64,000 nucleotides of DNA, taken from assembly GCA_044226015.1 (NCBI GenBank), contig JBGAHS010000008.1, forward strand, positions 320,001 to 384,000. The letters are read 5' to 3'. Shown here piece after piece: positions 29,801 through 37,596 of the stretch. The notes under the pieces were generated by a model that searched no databases, was not told where the DNA came from, and saw only the letters and a program-made list of their open reading frames with translations. The stretch is from Candidatus Obscuribacteraceae bacterium (GTDB lineage Bacteria > Cyanobacteriota > Vampirovibrionia > Obscuribacterales > Obscuribacteraceae). The first letter of the stretch is position 1, and each line of letters opens with the position of its first letter. A program made the translations under genes and the position numbers.

Positions 29801-30766
29801 AGGGAAGTACCGCAGGAGGAAAATACTTGGGACGTAAAGTTTCTAACCATGTTTCACATGGCTAATGATTCCGAGCTTTTTAACACGAAACAGACACTGT
29901 TGGCGAAAGGCTTCTCTCCAATTGGGAATTGCTTTCAGAAAGTGGAATCAGGATCTACGGTCAAATACTTGCCTCTTTACGAGGCCAAGATGGTTCACCA
30001 GTTTGACACAAAATGGGCTACGTACAAGTTTCACGATTCCTCTGCGGAGCCCGAAATCCAGGATGTATCAGAGGAGCAAAAATTAGACCCTCGTTTCGTG
30101 GTTTTTCCACGTTACTGGATTTCCGAAAGCGAAGTACAAGCTCGATTGAAAGGCAAAACGGTGCAAAATTGGCTCTTAGGTTGGCGTGATATCTGCAGAA
30201 ACACTGACGAACGAACTGTAATTGCGGCGCTATTGCCCGTTGTAGCCGTAGGCCATAAAATGCCGTTGATGATCTCCGACATATCAATCGAGTTAGCGGC
30301 TTGCTTATTGGCAAACTTGAATGCATTTGTCCTCGACTATTGTGCGCGACAAAAACACGGGAGTACTTCTCTGATTTACGCAACGGTAAGGCAATTGCCT
30401 ATTCTGCCAAGAGCGACATATTCGGACCGGGCTCCATGGCAGCAGAATATTTCTCTAGAAGCATGGATCTCACAGCGAGCACTTAGACTTGCCGGAATCG
30501 AAATTAATGCGGACAATGGAGAATCAGTGACTTGCGATCTGGAGGCCAGGCGGAAGCTAAGATCGGAATTGGACGCGGCGTTTATGATTTTATATGGATT
30601 GACACGATCGGAAATTGAATACTTGCTTGATACCTTCATCATCGTAAACAATCACGATTTGCGCCGATGGAATCGTCATAAAACCAAGGAAGACATTCTC
30701 ATGGCTTTTGATGCACTAATAGAAGCCAGCAATCGCGGAGCGATGAGTAAAGTTTCGGCGAGTTAG
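26828..30766 (+). CDS. Large Eco57I/type IIG-like N6-adenine DNA methyltransferase (DrmMI-like)
   Basis: EELGSVYE, RKKTGSYYTP, DPSCGSGHFL (motif I), GNPPW (motif IV), and a C-terminal TRD-like region GWRDICRNTDERT. Confidence 0.92.
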   Translation: MRTSKKDRFITIRSEGGLLPLDFLERVALLDQEISGLTPADYHLLEHEKINESINRAWDRLLGCWVSFKSATKNANEDDPLIRETRERWLLPLFDALGYGRLTPCKSIELDGRNFQISHMWQKMPLHLVGAGVELDRRTAGVAGAARSAPHGMVQDFLNHSDEHLWAFVSNGRKLRILRDNVSLTRQAFVEFDLEGMMDGEQFSDFRVLYLLCHQSRVEQEKSQDFWLERWTAAAQLSGVRVREELGRGVEEAISALGTGLLQHPANSELRSKLKSGNLSAQDFYRQILRTVYRLLFLFVAEDRGALLRRESSIEARKTYTDYYSTQRIREMAGSRKGSHHHDLWQLQRLVFESLGQESGCPELALPALGSFLWSRDSVKEIAACELSNRNFLSAVFALAFTEEGKAKRAVDFKNLKTEELGSVYEALLEMHPHVDLENNRFGLFGESGSERKKTGSYYTPASLVSCLIDSAMNPIIERISKKTNAKDLLLAVKICDPSCGSGHFLLAAANRLARALAAARSEDVEPSPEAYRIALRDVISNCIYGVDLNEMSVELCKVNLWLESVDAERPLSFLDNKIKCGNSLLGTTPALIAEGIPDDAFEPIEGDDKTFARQVKKANKEQSQGQLHISALDRKNEYAVLSNERSKIGALAENSLQSVHLKEENYAGLIDSEQYKKEKFLCDAWCSAFVWPLRPGGPQPITRAMFSLAASDRSRLAPAIVNEVATLAARYRFFHWHLEFPEVFFAQNSVPESNSRHGWTGGFDVVLGNPPWERIKLQEEEWFAARVPEIAQARTAAIRGKMIKELQHSDEELFNEFIRDRRQAEGESHFVRKSGRFPLCGRGDINTYSIFAETMRDLMSPVGYAGFIVPSGIATDDTTKLFFRSLVESKSLRSLFDFENRKAIFSGVHRSYKFSLVTLAGLEAAKPDAQTDFVFFALGTEDLADEDKHFKLSAADIALLNPNTGTCPIFRSKTDAELTKKLYRRVPVFVREVPQEENTWDVKFLTMFHMANDSELFNTKQTLLAKGFSPIGNCFQKVESGSTVKYLPLYEAKMVHQFDTKWATYKFHDSSAEPEIQDVSEEQKLDPRFVVFPRYWISESEVQARLKGKTVQNWLLGWRDICRNTDERTVIAALLPVVAVGHKMPLMISDISIELAACLLANLNAFVLDYCARQKHGSTSLIYATVRQLPILPRATYSDRAPWQQNISLEAWISQRALRLAGIEINADNGESVTCDLEARRKLRSELDAAFMILYGLTRSEIEYLLDTFIIVNNHDLRRWNRHKTKEDILMAFDALIEASNRGAMSKVSAS

Positions 30767-30802
30767 GTTCTTAGAATCAGTCGATTGCTATTCAAAGAAG
30801 CA

Positions 30803-31201
30803 TCAACCAGTTGCTAATTGCCAGTCTTCCTTTGAGATCTTTACTATCCCATTTCGGAAAAACACAGACCAGTAGGCCAGGTTAGTAACGAAGGTCAATT
30901 GATCAATAATCGATAGAAGATCCTTTTCTGTGGTCAATGCGCTGGATTGAAAATCAAATCGGTCCGGAAAAACACCTGCTTTTAAGAAGAGTTTTGTATC
31001 GTCAAAATAGTAATTGCTTGTTGCTGCACCTGACGCAATGATTTTCCAATCTCCTTTGCCAGCACAGCACAAAACCCTATCTCCCTTTCGAACATTCCCC
31101 ATGATGTGCTTACGCTGAAGTCCGAATGTACCTACATTGATACAATGCTGAAGATCTGCACGGGGTAAGCAAATTAACCAGTAGTTCATTGGAATACTCA
31201 T
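30803..31201 (-). CDS. Stand-alone EVE/PUA-like domain protein; start 31201 or 31189
   Basis: MNYWL...GTFGL...MGNVRKGDRVLC...FPDRF...LTFVTNLAYWSVFFRNGIVKISKEDW. Confidence 0.75.
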   Translation of the reverse strand: MSIPMNYWLICLPRADLQHCINVGTFGLQRKHIMGNVRKGDRVLCCAGKGDWKIIASGAATSNYYFDDTKLFLKAGVFPDRFDFQSSALTTEKDLLSIIDQLTFVTNLAYWSVFFRNGIVKISKEDWQLATG

Positions 31202-31346
31202 GGGACCCGCTGACAACAAACAAACATCTGCTGCATTCTTGTATTCTGCCAGGCAAAAGTCCACACTTCAACAGCTTTGACAACAAACAATGCTTGGACG
31301 TTTCCAATAGCAATCTGCGCTGGCAGCGATCATTCAGCAAGTGAAT

Positions 31347-31952
31347 CTAAAATGGCCATATAGGTGGTTGTTTAAGCAGGGCATTCCTGATATTTTCACG
31401 AACGGTTCGGTCGTTAAATAGCGCTCTAATCGCAGTTTGTAAATCAGCTATTAGATCTTCTGCCACAAAGTAAGCCGCATCCGTGACATGGGGTCTTAAC
31501 TCGAAGTTGGTTAGGTGGTCTTGAATCTGATCGGCTCTGTGAATCAAAGTGATGGAGCGTTTTCGCCCTCCGTTTTTTCGCTCGGTCTCACTTGGTACCA
31601 GTGAGTAGGCGTGAACAAGCCCGCAGCGCAGAATGTAATACATTTGCTCTGGTAGGTCTTTTTTAGTATTAGATTTTGCGATGCTTCCCGCAGCAGTTTT
31701 ATATCGCCTTCGGTGATTTCGTCGATATTCGAAATCACGATAGTCAGCAGGAAAGTACTTTCGAATAAACGCAATGTATTGCCATTTGTCCGTATGTCCC
31801 CCATTTTGCAGTCTAGCGCAATAATCAATCATCGCTGCTGCACCGACAAATGCCCATGGGGTGCCTTGCAAGTTAAGCAAGTAGCCCGCTTCATTTATCA
31901 TGTATTGCTTTGCGACGTTTAGTCGCTGAACAGGAATGCGTGTCGAGGACAT
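31347..31952 (-). CDS. Putative HEPN-domain protein
   Basis: Helical protein with YIAFIRKYF and MYYILRCGLVHAY (R-x4-H motif). Confidence 0.65.
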   Translation of the reverse strand: MSSTRIPVQRLNVAKQYMINEAGYLLNLQGTPWAFVGAAAMIDYCARLQNGGHTDKWQYIAFIRKYFPADYRDFEYRRNHRRRYKTAAGSIAKSNTKKDLPEQMYYILRCGLVHAYSLVPSETERKNGGRKRSITLIHRADQIQDHLTNFELRPHVTDAAYFVAEDLIADLQTAIRALFNDRTVRENIRNALLKQPPIWPF

Positions 31953-32127
31953 TGAAAGGAACCTCCAAGCACAAAAGGATTCGATGACTGAGTCAGCACA
32001 GGCAATTCTATAAGTTTCATTTTGTCTGAGCTAATTGTCCTCAAAATTAATATGCAATTTGAATTTCTCAAAATTTCTGCAAAAGGGGCCAACTGGGGGC
32101 CACCAAATCAAAAAGCCTACCCCAAAT

Positions 32128-32157
32128 AAAAAACGCCCCTCATCTCGAAGGGCGCTC
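32128..32157 (-). terminator. Intrinsic terminator downstream of the tRNA 3' end
   Basis: Minus strand GAGCGCCCTTCGAGATGAGGGGCGTTTTTT. Confidence 0.75.
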
Positions 32158-32174
32158 TCTATAATCGTTTCGAT

Positions 32175-32226
32175 TGGCCTGCCCGGCATGATTCGAACAT
32201 GCGACCTCATGGTTCGTAGCCATGCG
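32175..32226 (-). other. 3' portion of tRNA-Arg(ACG), an att-site duplication rather than a complete tRNA
   Basis: Minus strand CATGG-CTACGAA-CCATG AGGTC GCATG-TTCGAAT-CATGC CGGGCAG G CCA gives anticodon arm, T arm, 3' acceptor strand and CCA. No D arm or 5' acceptor strand lies upstream. Confidence 0.88.
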
Positions 32227-32229
32227 AGC

Positions 32230-32560
32230 CGAGTTAAATGAGGAGCCACCAGATGAATGCCTTTTAACAAGAAACAACGCAAAAAAATGAATTGGTGTCG
32301 GAACCCGACGACATTAGCTCGCGGCTTACTGCGGCAGCCAGCCAGCAGCCGATCGCGGACAAGACAAATCCAAATCAGCTTGTCGCAAAAATTGGGATTA
32401 CCACCAGCAGGATTGTCAGTAACATCATTGCACACCACACCTGCACGATAGAAGACGGCTCTATTTTTAACACCTTGAGTGTTGTCAGCAGAGCACAACA
32501 AACCAATGCTCCATTTTTCAACATCCCGCAATCCTGTCGCAAAATCTGGGACCGCGTAAA
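32230..32560 (-). pseudogene. Membrane-protein gene remnant with internal TGA
   Basis: ...VQVWCAMMLLTILLVVIPIFATS*FGFVLSAIGCWLAAAVSRELM...; the hydrophobic frame continues across the stop at 32375-32377. Confidence 0.3.
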
Positions 32561-32617
32561 TTCCTGCGTTCTATCAGGATCTACACCAACTCGCGAACAT
32601 GCGCACTTCAGATTAGC

Positions 32618-33311
32618 CATGCTTTACCAAGAAATTCCAGACACTGAGAAAGCCAACATCGCTGAAGCATATCTTGATGCTGACGACGCTGCCACCGCAC
32701 TGGAGTGGATGAAACGCATACCAGCACGCAAAGCGAAGTCTGATGTATGGAATTACGATTCGCTGATGCTCAAAATTCATCAGAGCTTGGGCAACAGTAA
32801 GGAAGCCTCGAAAATTGCATTGAGAGATTTCCGCCAATTTCGAAGCGAGCACGCTTTTGAAAAACTACTGTCTGTGATTGGCAAAGACAAGCGAGAAACA
32901 ATCATTGAGCAGGAAGTCTCGATTGTTCATCAAACAAAAGCATTCGTCCCAGAGGATGCTTTATTCCTTATCCAAGGCAAAAGAATGAATGATGCGGAGC
33001 AGTATGTACTAAAACGAGCAAAACAGCTTGATGGCGATCAGTATTACAGTCTTTCAGAAATCGCTACAGCCCTGCATGACGCTGAGCGATTTCTTGCTGC
33101 CACCATGGTCTATCGCGCATTGCTTGATTCAATACTCATCAGAAAACAATCGCGAGCTTACCATCATGGCGCAGATTACCTGAACGCCTTAGAATCGATG
33201 AGCACGAAAATTCTGGAGTGGAATGATACCATTCCACACGAGCGCTACATCAACGAGCTGCGCGCAGAGCACGGACGCAAGTACAGTTTCTGGAATCAAT
33301 TTCGCGATTAG
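32618..33311 (+). pseudogene. N-terminally truncated DUF6880-like helical protein
   Basis: IAEAYLDADD..TALEW...YRALLDSIL..KQSRAYHHGADYL...HGRKYSFW. The first ~110 codons of track ORF 32292-33311 look unrelated. Confidence 0.6.
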
Positions 33312-33336
33312 GCTGGGTATTGTTTCGCCCTGACGC

Positions 33337-33477
33337 AACTGACAATCTAGGCATATTTCGAATGAACAAATTTATCGCGGTGCCACCCTTGAGGACAAAA
33401 CAGTCCTCTTGAGCGATTATCGGCAGAACACGCATAATTAGCGCAACTTGTTTTCTATATGTTGTGAGGTCGGTCAT
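33337..33477 (-). pseudogene. abiEii: Truncated AbiEii nucleotidyltransferase toxin
   Basis: YRKQVALIMRVLPIIAQEDCFVLKGGTAINLFIRNMPRLSV; similarity stops just before the expected DID catalytic motif. Confidence 0.88.
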
Positions 33478-34279
33478 TTTGCAGTTCCTCCGGCACTGTT
33501 ATGAGGTATTTAGGATCAAGCTTACCTCCAGGCACCAACATCCGCTTACCTTTGCCGATGTCGATTTTTTCGGTATCGATCATCTTAAGCCACGCGTGAT
33601 CATGCCTGTGAGCGAACCAAAGAAACAACCTTTTTGTTTTTACGCTCCGACAATTAGCGAGAAGCAGATTCAAGAATTTCGGTCGCAAGTTACTCAAGCT
33701 TTCCATCAACGCGTCAACCTGAGCAAAACTTTCATGATTTGGCAATTCATCCAGAACTTCAAGTATAGCTCGTTCGGGCGTTGAGATGCGCATTTTCCAA
33801 TCAGACTCGCCCCAGCGGTGCTCGCTAAAGTGAGCTCGTTGCGATTCCTTACTGTTCTCAATCGACTCTGTACAAAACAAGAGAGCCGAGTGAAAAACAA
33901 ATTTTCTGTCTAACTTCAGTCTTGCCACCCAGGGTGGTGGCAGTTCATCTCCATAGAGATGAACTTCGGTTGGACCAGACAGGGAAAGATAGTGCACAAA
34001 TCCATACAACTCTATGGCGCTGCGTCCGCCAACGGTTAACGGAATATTCAGCAAATTCTGAATTGAGAGCAAAGCGGTTTCCCATCTTTTCTGATCAATG
34101 AAGGCGCTTTTTCGGTAAAAGACACCGCGTGCTGGTGATTCAAGCCAACCGTGCTGAACGTACTTGGCTAGTAACTGTCTTGAGTAGCCGCGCTCTTGTA
34201 GCCAGAATGAATCTACCGGCAGACCTTCGGGCAAAATCTGTTGCAATCGGTTTAGCTTTGTCTGTTTTTGTATACTCAT
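33455..34279 (-). CDS. abiEi: Type IV TA antitoxin AbiEi
   Basis: KLNRLQQILPEG...WL...GYSRQL..KY...GWL...RGV; STPERAILEVL; LLANCRSVKTKRLFLWFA; GKGKRML..GG.LD.KY.ITVP. Overlaps the abiEii start. Confidence 0.9.
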   Translation of the reverse strand: MSIQKQTKLNRLQQILPEGLPVDSFWLQERGYSRQLLAKYVQHGWLESPARGVFYRKSAFIDQKRWETALLSIQNLLNIPLTVGGRSAIELYGFVHYLSLSGPTEVHLYGDELPPPWVARLKLDRKFVFHSALLFCTESIENSKESQRAHFSEHRWGESDWKMRISTPERAILEVLDELPNHESFAQVDALMESLSNLRPKFLNLLLANCRSVKTKRLFLWFAHRHDHAWLKMIDTEKIDIGKGKRMLVPGGKLDPKYLITVPEELQNDRPHNI

Positions 34280-34350
34280 AGTTGACATTATAGCGCACAT
34301 ACGAACCCATGGTTTACATTATACCTATTTTGTAGCCTCTGTGTTGACCA
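34277..34350 (-). promoter_or_regulatory. 31-bp-periodic repeats overlapping TATAAT boxes at the abiEi start
   Basis: CATAGTTGACATTATA (34277-34292), CATGGTTTACATTATA (34308-34323) and a partial GTTGAC at 34343. The two full copies contain TATAAT on the minus strand. Confidence 0.5.
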
Positions 34351-34380
34351 ATTTAGCAATTCCCAAACCACCCCTTCAGG

Positions 34381-34636
34381 GTCGGGAAACCGACTTCACC
34401 CCAAGGTAATGGTATTCCTGGCTACGAGGATGGTTACGTAATGGATGATGCACCGTTACCTCCCGATATGGATGCACCAACAGTGGTGCTTTTCTCTACA
34501 AAGGACAAATGGTAATGTTTTTGCCGTAGACTGCTCCGGCGGAATGGGATTGGGAGATTTTCAAAATGAATGGTCAACGCCAGATGATGCAATCCCAGAC
34601 ATTCTAGAATTCTACTTTGGCGATCCTGCGCGATGA
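34381..34636 (+). pseudogene. Truncated, frameshifted paralogue of 34698-35150
   Basis: VGKPTSPQGNGIPGYEDGYV...DAP...W, frameshift, then VFAVDCSGGMGLGDFQNEWSTPDDAIPDILEFYFGDPAR*, aligning to the downstream ORF. Confidence 0.75.
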
Positions 34637-34697
34637 ATTTGAAAGCGTACCGAATAGCTGAGCTGCAATAGTTGAAAGCAATTAACTCAGAGGAAAA

Positions 34698-35150
34698 ATG
34701 TCCCAAATTGATGAAAAATACTTGAATAAACTTCGCTCTGCTGGGCTGTTCGTTTCACACCCTATAGAAGCTTTTCTTGATGGAGTGTGGGTTGTGAAAC
34801 CCGCGTCCACCGCAGGCAATCATATTCCCGGCTACTCAAATGGTGGCTACGTTAGTCTCGACGAAGAACCGATATGCCCTGCTAGCGATGCACCAATGCT
34901 CAAGTTCATATGTGTGAATGAGTGCAGGTGGCAGGTAGATGGACAAGACTGCGCTGGTGGCATGGGACCAGCAGATTTCATTGATGAATGGAAAACAGCT
35001 GAAGAAGCAATCAGTGACATTCTAGATTTTTATTTTGGCAATTCCGATCGCATAGACAGAAAAGCTGTGGAAGAGGAAAATTTCAGGGCTCGTCTTGAAG
35101 CCAGCCGACGCAACAAGCTTAAGTTAGAGGACCGCCCTGGTTCTCAATGA
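34698..35150 (+). CDS. Hypothetical protein, immunity-like
   Basis: 150-aa acidic, Trp-containing ORF with GAGGA RBS and an upstream paralogue. Confidence 0.75.
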   Translation: MSQIDEKYLNKLRSAGLFVSHPIEAFLDGVWVVKPASTAGNHIPGYSNGGYVSLDEEPICPASDAPMLKFICVNECRWQVDGQDCAGGMGPADFIDEWKTAEEAISDILDFYFGNSDRIDRKAVEEENFRARLEASRRNKLKLEDRPGSQ

Positions 35151-35238
35151 AGCATGGAAGGTATATTTCATACTTCACTGAGCAGCGAGTAGAATAAGGA
35201 CGCAAGTTCAGTTGCTGGAATCAATTTCGCAAGTAAGC

Positions 35239-36468
35239 ATGATGAGTAAAACCGAAGCATACAAATGGGAATTCAAGCCGCGCTTCAGGCGTGGTGCTTT
35301 TGGCTGGCGTTCGCAGCCTGCCATAAAGCGCGTCAAGGAAGCAGTCAGTGAAATCAAAAAGGTCGCTCGCCGCGAGCCATTGCTTGCAGCGGAGGGCGCA
35401 GTTTCTTTCCTCGAACGTGTTTCGCCAGCGCTCGAAAAGGTAGATGGCTCTTCCGGAGCAATCGGTACTGCAGTTTATCGTGCGGTCGAAACAATGGTGA
35501 CAATAATCGCAGCGGCGGATGCAGATCTTAGCGTCCGCAGGAAATGGCTGCAACGGCTCTGGAAAGCCATCGAAGCTGACGAGATTCCCTACATCGAAAG
35601 CCTGGACGAACACTGGGGCACCATATGCGCCACCGCAGAAATAGCCTCAGAATGGGCTGACGAGCTGCTTCCGCTTGTGCGGCTCGTTGCTGAAAGCCCC
35701 GGGTTCTGCTACTCTAGAGCTACTACAGTTTGTTTCGCGTCCTTGTATAAAGCGGGTCGCTACGAGGAACTGCTGCATTTGTTGAAAGCACACCCATTTC
35801 GTTTTGACTCGTACCAGGCGTACGCGGTAAGAACTCTGTTCACGCTTGATCGCAAGGAAGAAGCCCTTGCGATCGCGGATGCATGCAGGCGCACTTCCGT
35901 AAATGGCACGCCTTCGATTGATCAGGTCTTGATTGAATACATGCTGGCACCCGCACCAGTTGAATTGGATTATGGACCAGCCGCATTTCAAGCTCTTCGA
36001 AAAAGGACTTACATCGCATGGTATCGAGCGGTGTCCGAGAAGTTTCCCGGAAGGCAGCCTATCGAGATTCTTCAAGACTTGATTGCCACCATGCCTGGTG
36101 AAGAAGGCAAATGGTTCGCCACAGCCAAAGAGTTAGGTGCCTTGGAATTGGCTATCAGACTCGCTAATACTAGCCCGTGTGACCCGAACACTCTGTCGCG
36201 TGCTGCGCGAGATTATCTCGACAAGGATGCGCAATTTGCCATGGACGCTGGACGGGCAGCACTGCATTGGTACCTGCAGGGATATGGCTTCGATGTAGCG
36301 TCTTATGATGTCCTGTACGCCCTCGATACCACCATGAAAGCCGCGGCACAACTGGGACAGACGGATTCGCTTAAAGCGGAGCTTCGACTTCAGGTGGAAC
36401 CCAAATTGAAGCGACGCAGCAATGTTGCGATATGGCTGGCACCGCGCCTTGGTATTACTTCGCCCTGA
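35239..36468 (+). CDS. Conserved hypothetical helical protein
   Basis: KWEFKPRFRRGAFGWRSQPAI...VDGSSGAIGTAV...PGEEGKWFATAK...PCDP.TL.RAARD, a family I recognise from mobile regions; function unknown. Confidence 0.8.
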   Translation: MMSKTEAYKWEFKPRFRRGAFGWRSQPAIKRVKEAVSEIKKVARREPLLAAEGAVSFLERVSPALEKVDGSSGAIGTAVYRAVETMVTIIAAADADLSVRRKWLQRLWKAIEADEIPYIESLDEHWGTICATAEIASEWADELLPLVRLVAESPGFCYSRATTVCFASLYKAGRYEELLHLLKAHPFRFDSYQAYAVRTLFTLDRKEEALAIADACRRTSVNGTPSIDQVLIEYMLAPAPVELDYGPAAFQALRKRTYIAWYRAVSEKFPGRQPIEILQDLIATMPGEEGKWFATAKELGALELAIRLANTSPCDPNTLSRAARDYLDKDAQFAMDAGRAALHWYLQGYGFDVASYDVLYALDTTMKAAAQLGQTDSLKAELRLQVEPKLKRRSNVAIWLAPRLGITSP

Positions 36469-36634
36469 CGTACTGGAGCAGTCCGCGCGCGTGCTGCTTA
36501 TCACAATATTGCGTCCCTTTACGCCGGATTTTACAAAGATCTGAATCCAGTCCAACATGACTGCAATCCCTGAACAATGGATAGTTAAGCGAAATCAAAA
36601 CAAGGTATTTCAGAAATATTTCAGCTAGGTCCTG

Positions 36635-36850
36635 CTAAGCACCAGCCTAGAAAAATTGATGACCAATTGTCCTATCGGAGCAACACTAAAAAAGTTTGGA
36701 TACGGCTCACACGCTGTAGTTGTTGATGGCGCAACAGCAGAAGGGAATCTGCTAATACGAGACCCTGCAAATGGTCTAAAATACGAGATGGAACGAAAGG
36801 AATTTTTAGACTTGCTTGAAACTGTAATCTACAAAAAGAAACGAGGATAA
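36635..36850 (+). pseudogene. C-terminal fragment of a papain/C39-like peptidase (orphan toxin tip)
   Basis: GSHAVVVDG...GNLLIRDPANG..YEM...EF gives the His/Asp half of the triad; the Cys-bearing half is absent. Confidence 0.65.
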
Positions 36851-36855
36851 ATCTA

Positions 36856-37383
36856 ATGGATCTCAAACAGCTCGTTTCAGAAACTTCTGGAAAATACGTA
36901 CTTCGTTGTGGTGAAGATGCCAAAACAGTGCTCACGATTCAGCTAACCCCCGACCTAAGAGGTTTAGATTCGGTTGAGATGTTGCCCTTCAGACCAGTAG
37001 AGAATGAAGAGAAGGAACTAATGTTAGAATGCGTTTCGTCTTTCGCAAAAGCGCAACAAACGATGCAGCTGATTATGGGAGAGCAGCGACTCGTGGGAAG
37101 CGAAAAATCTTCCACAGTGAGCAATAAAAAAATGTTCCCCTACGCCATAGAGCTGATTAGTGAAACTAACGAGCTTGAACAATACCTGGTCCGCTTCAAT
37201 TCAGAGGGACAACAAATAGATCACACTTTCCATGTAAGCTATGCCGACGTCGACGCGCCAGGCATAACATGGGACGAGCAGTTCTGGTCAAACATAGATG
37301 GCGAATTAAGCCTCGCCCGCCCATTGTTCAAAGCCATTGCAACTTTCTCCAAACTGCGACATTTTGAGCTAGCTGCCAGGTAA
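36856..37383 (+). CDS. Putative immunity protein, two weakly similar halves
   Basis: Starts 5 nt after the peptidase-fragment stop with a GAGGA RBS; LVSET..KYVLR...SFAK versus LISET...QYLVR...TFSK. Confidence 0.6.
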   Translation: MDLKQLVSETSGKYVLRCGEDAKTVLTIQLTPDLRGLDSVEMLPFRPVENEEKELMLECVSSFAKAQQTMQLIMGEQRLVGSEKSSTVSNKKMFPYAIELISETNELEQYLVRFNSEGQQIDHTFHVSYADVDAPGITWDEQFWSNIDGELSLARPLFKAIATFSKLRHFELAAR

Positions 37384-37596
37384 GATAGCTAACGCTTTAC
37401 TCAACAACTCCTGAACCATTTGCATTCTTGGACATTCCAGACTCTATAAGCCGACCCTTCTGGTCCTCGTTGCCGCTCAAATCGGTGCTGAAAGAAAGAA
37501 TCTGGCAGGAGAGCGCTGATTAAATACAAAAGCGCAATGTCATAAACATCAATCTCAGAGCTAGCAGAGATTCTAAGATCCGTTCGGTTTAGAGTT

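Larger units (their letters stand above)
620..32226. mobile_element. Putative integrative element / defence island, about 31.6 kb, boundaries approximate
   Basis: Integrase at the left end; paired GGGCCAA repeats at 719-741 and 32081-32104; tRNA-Arg 3' fragment at 32175-32226; cargo of defence genes and conjugation relics. No left att core copy was found. Confidence 0.55.

Noticed and set aside
16373..30766. Canonical DISARM, BREX or Druantia call with gene symbols
   Set aside because: No separate DUF1998 gene, no PLD HKD gene, no PglZ/BrxC and no Druantia partner genes; reported as DISARM-like only.
32175..32260. Complete tRNA-Arg gene
   Set aside because: No D arm and no 5' strand complementary to CGGGCAG.
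32293..32315. Possible second tRNA 3' end (minus strand ...GGGTTCCGACACCA)
   Set aside because: No T-arm stem with correct spacing to the CCA.
32031..32531. 166-aa minus-strand ORF and overlapping short plus ORFs
   Set aside because: They cross the tRNA fragment, terminator and arm repeats, so they are likely spurious.
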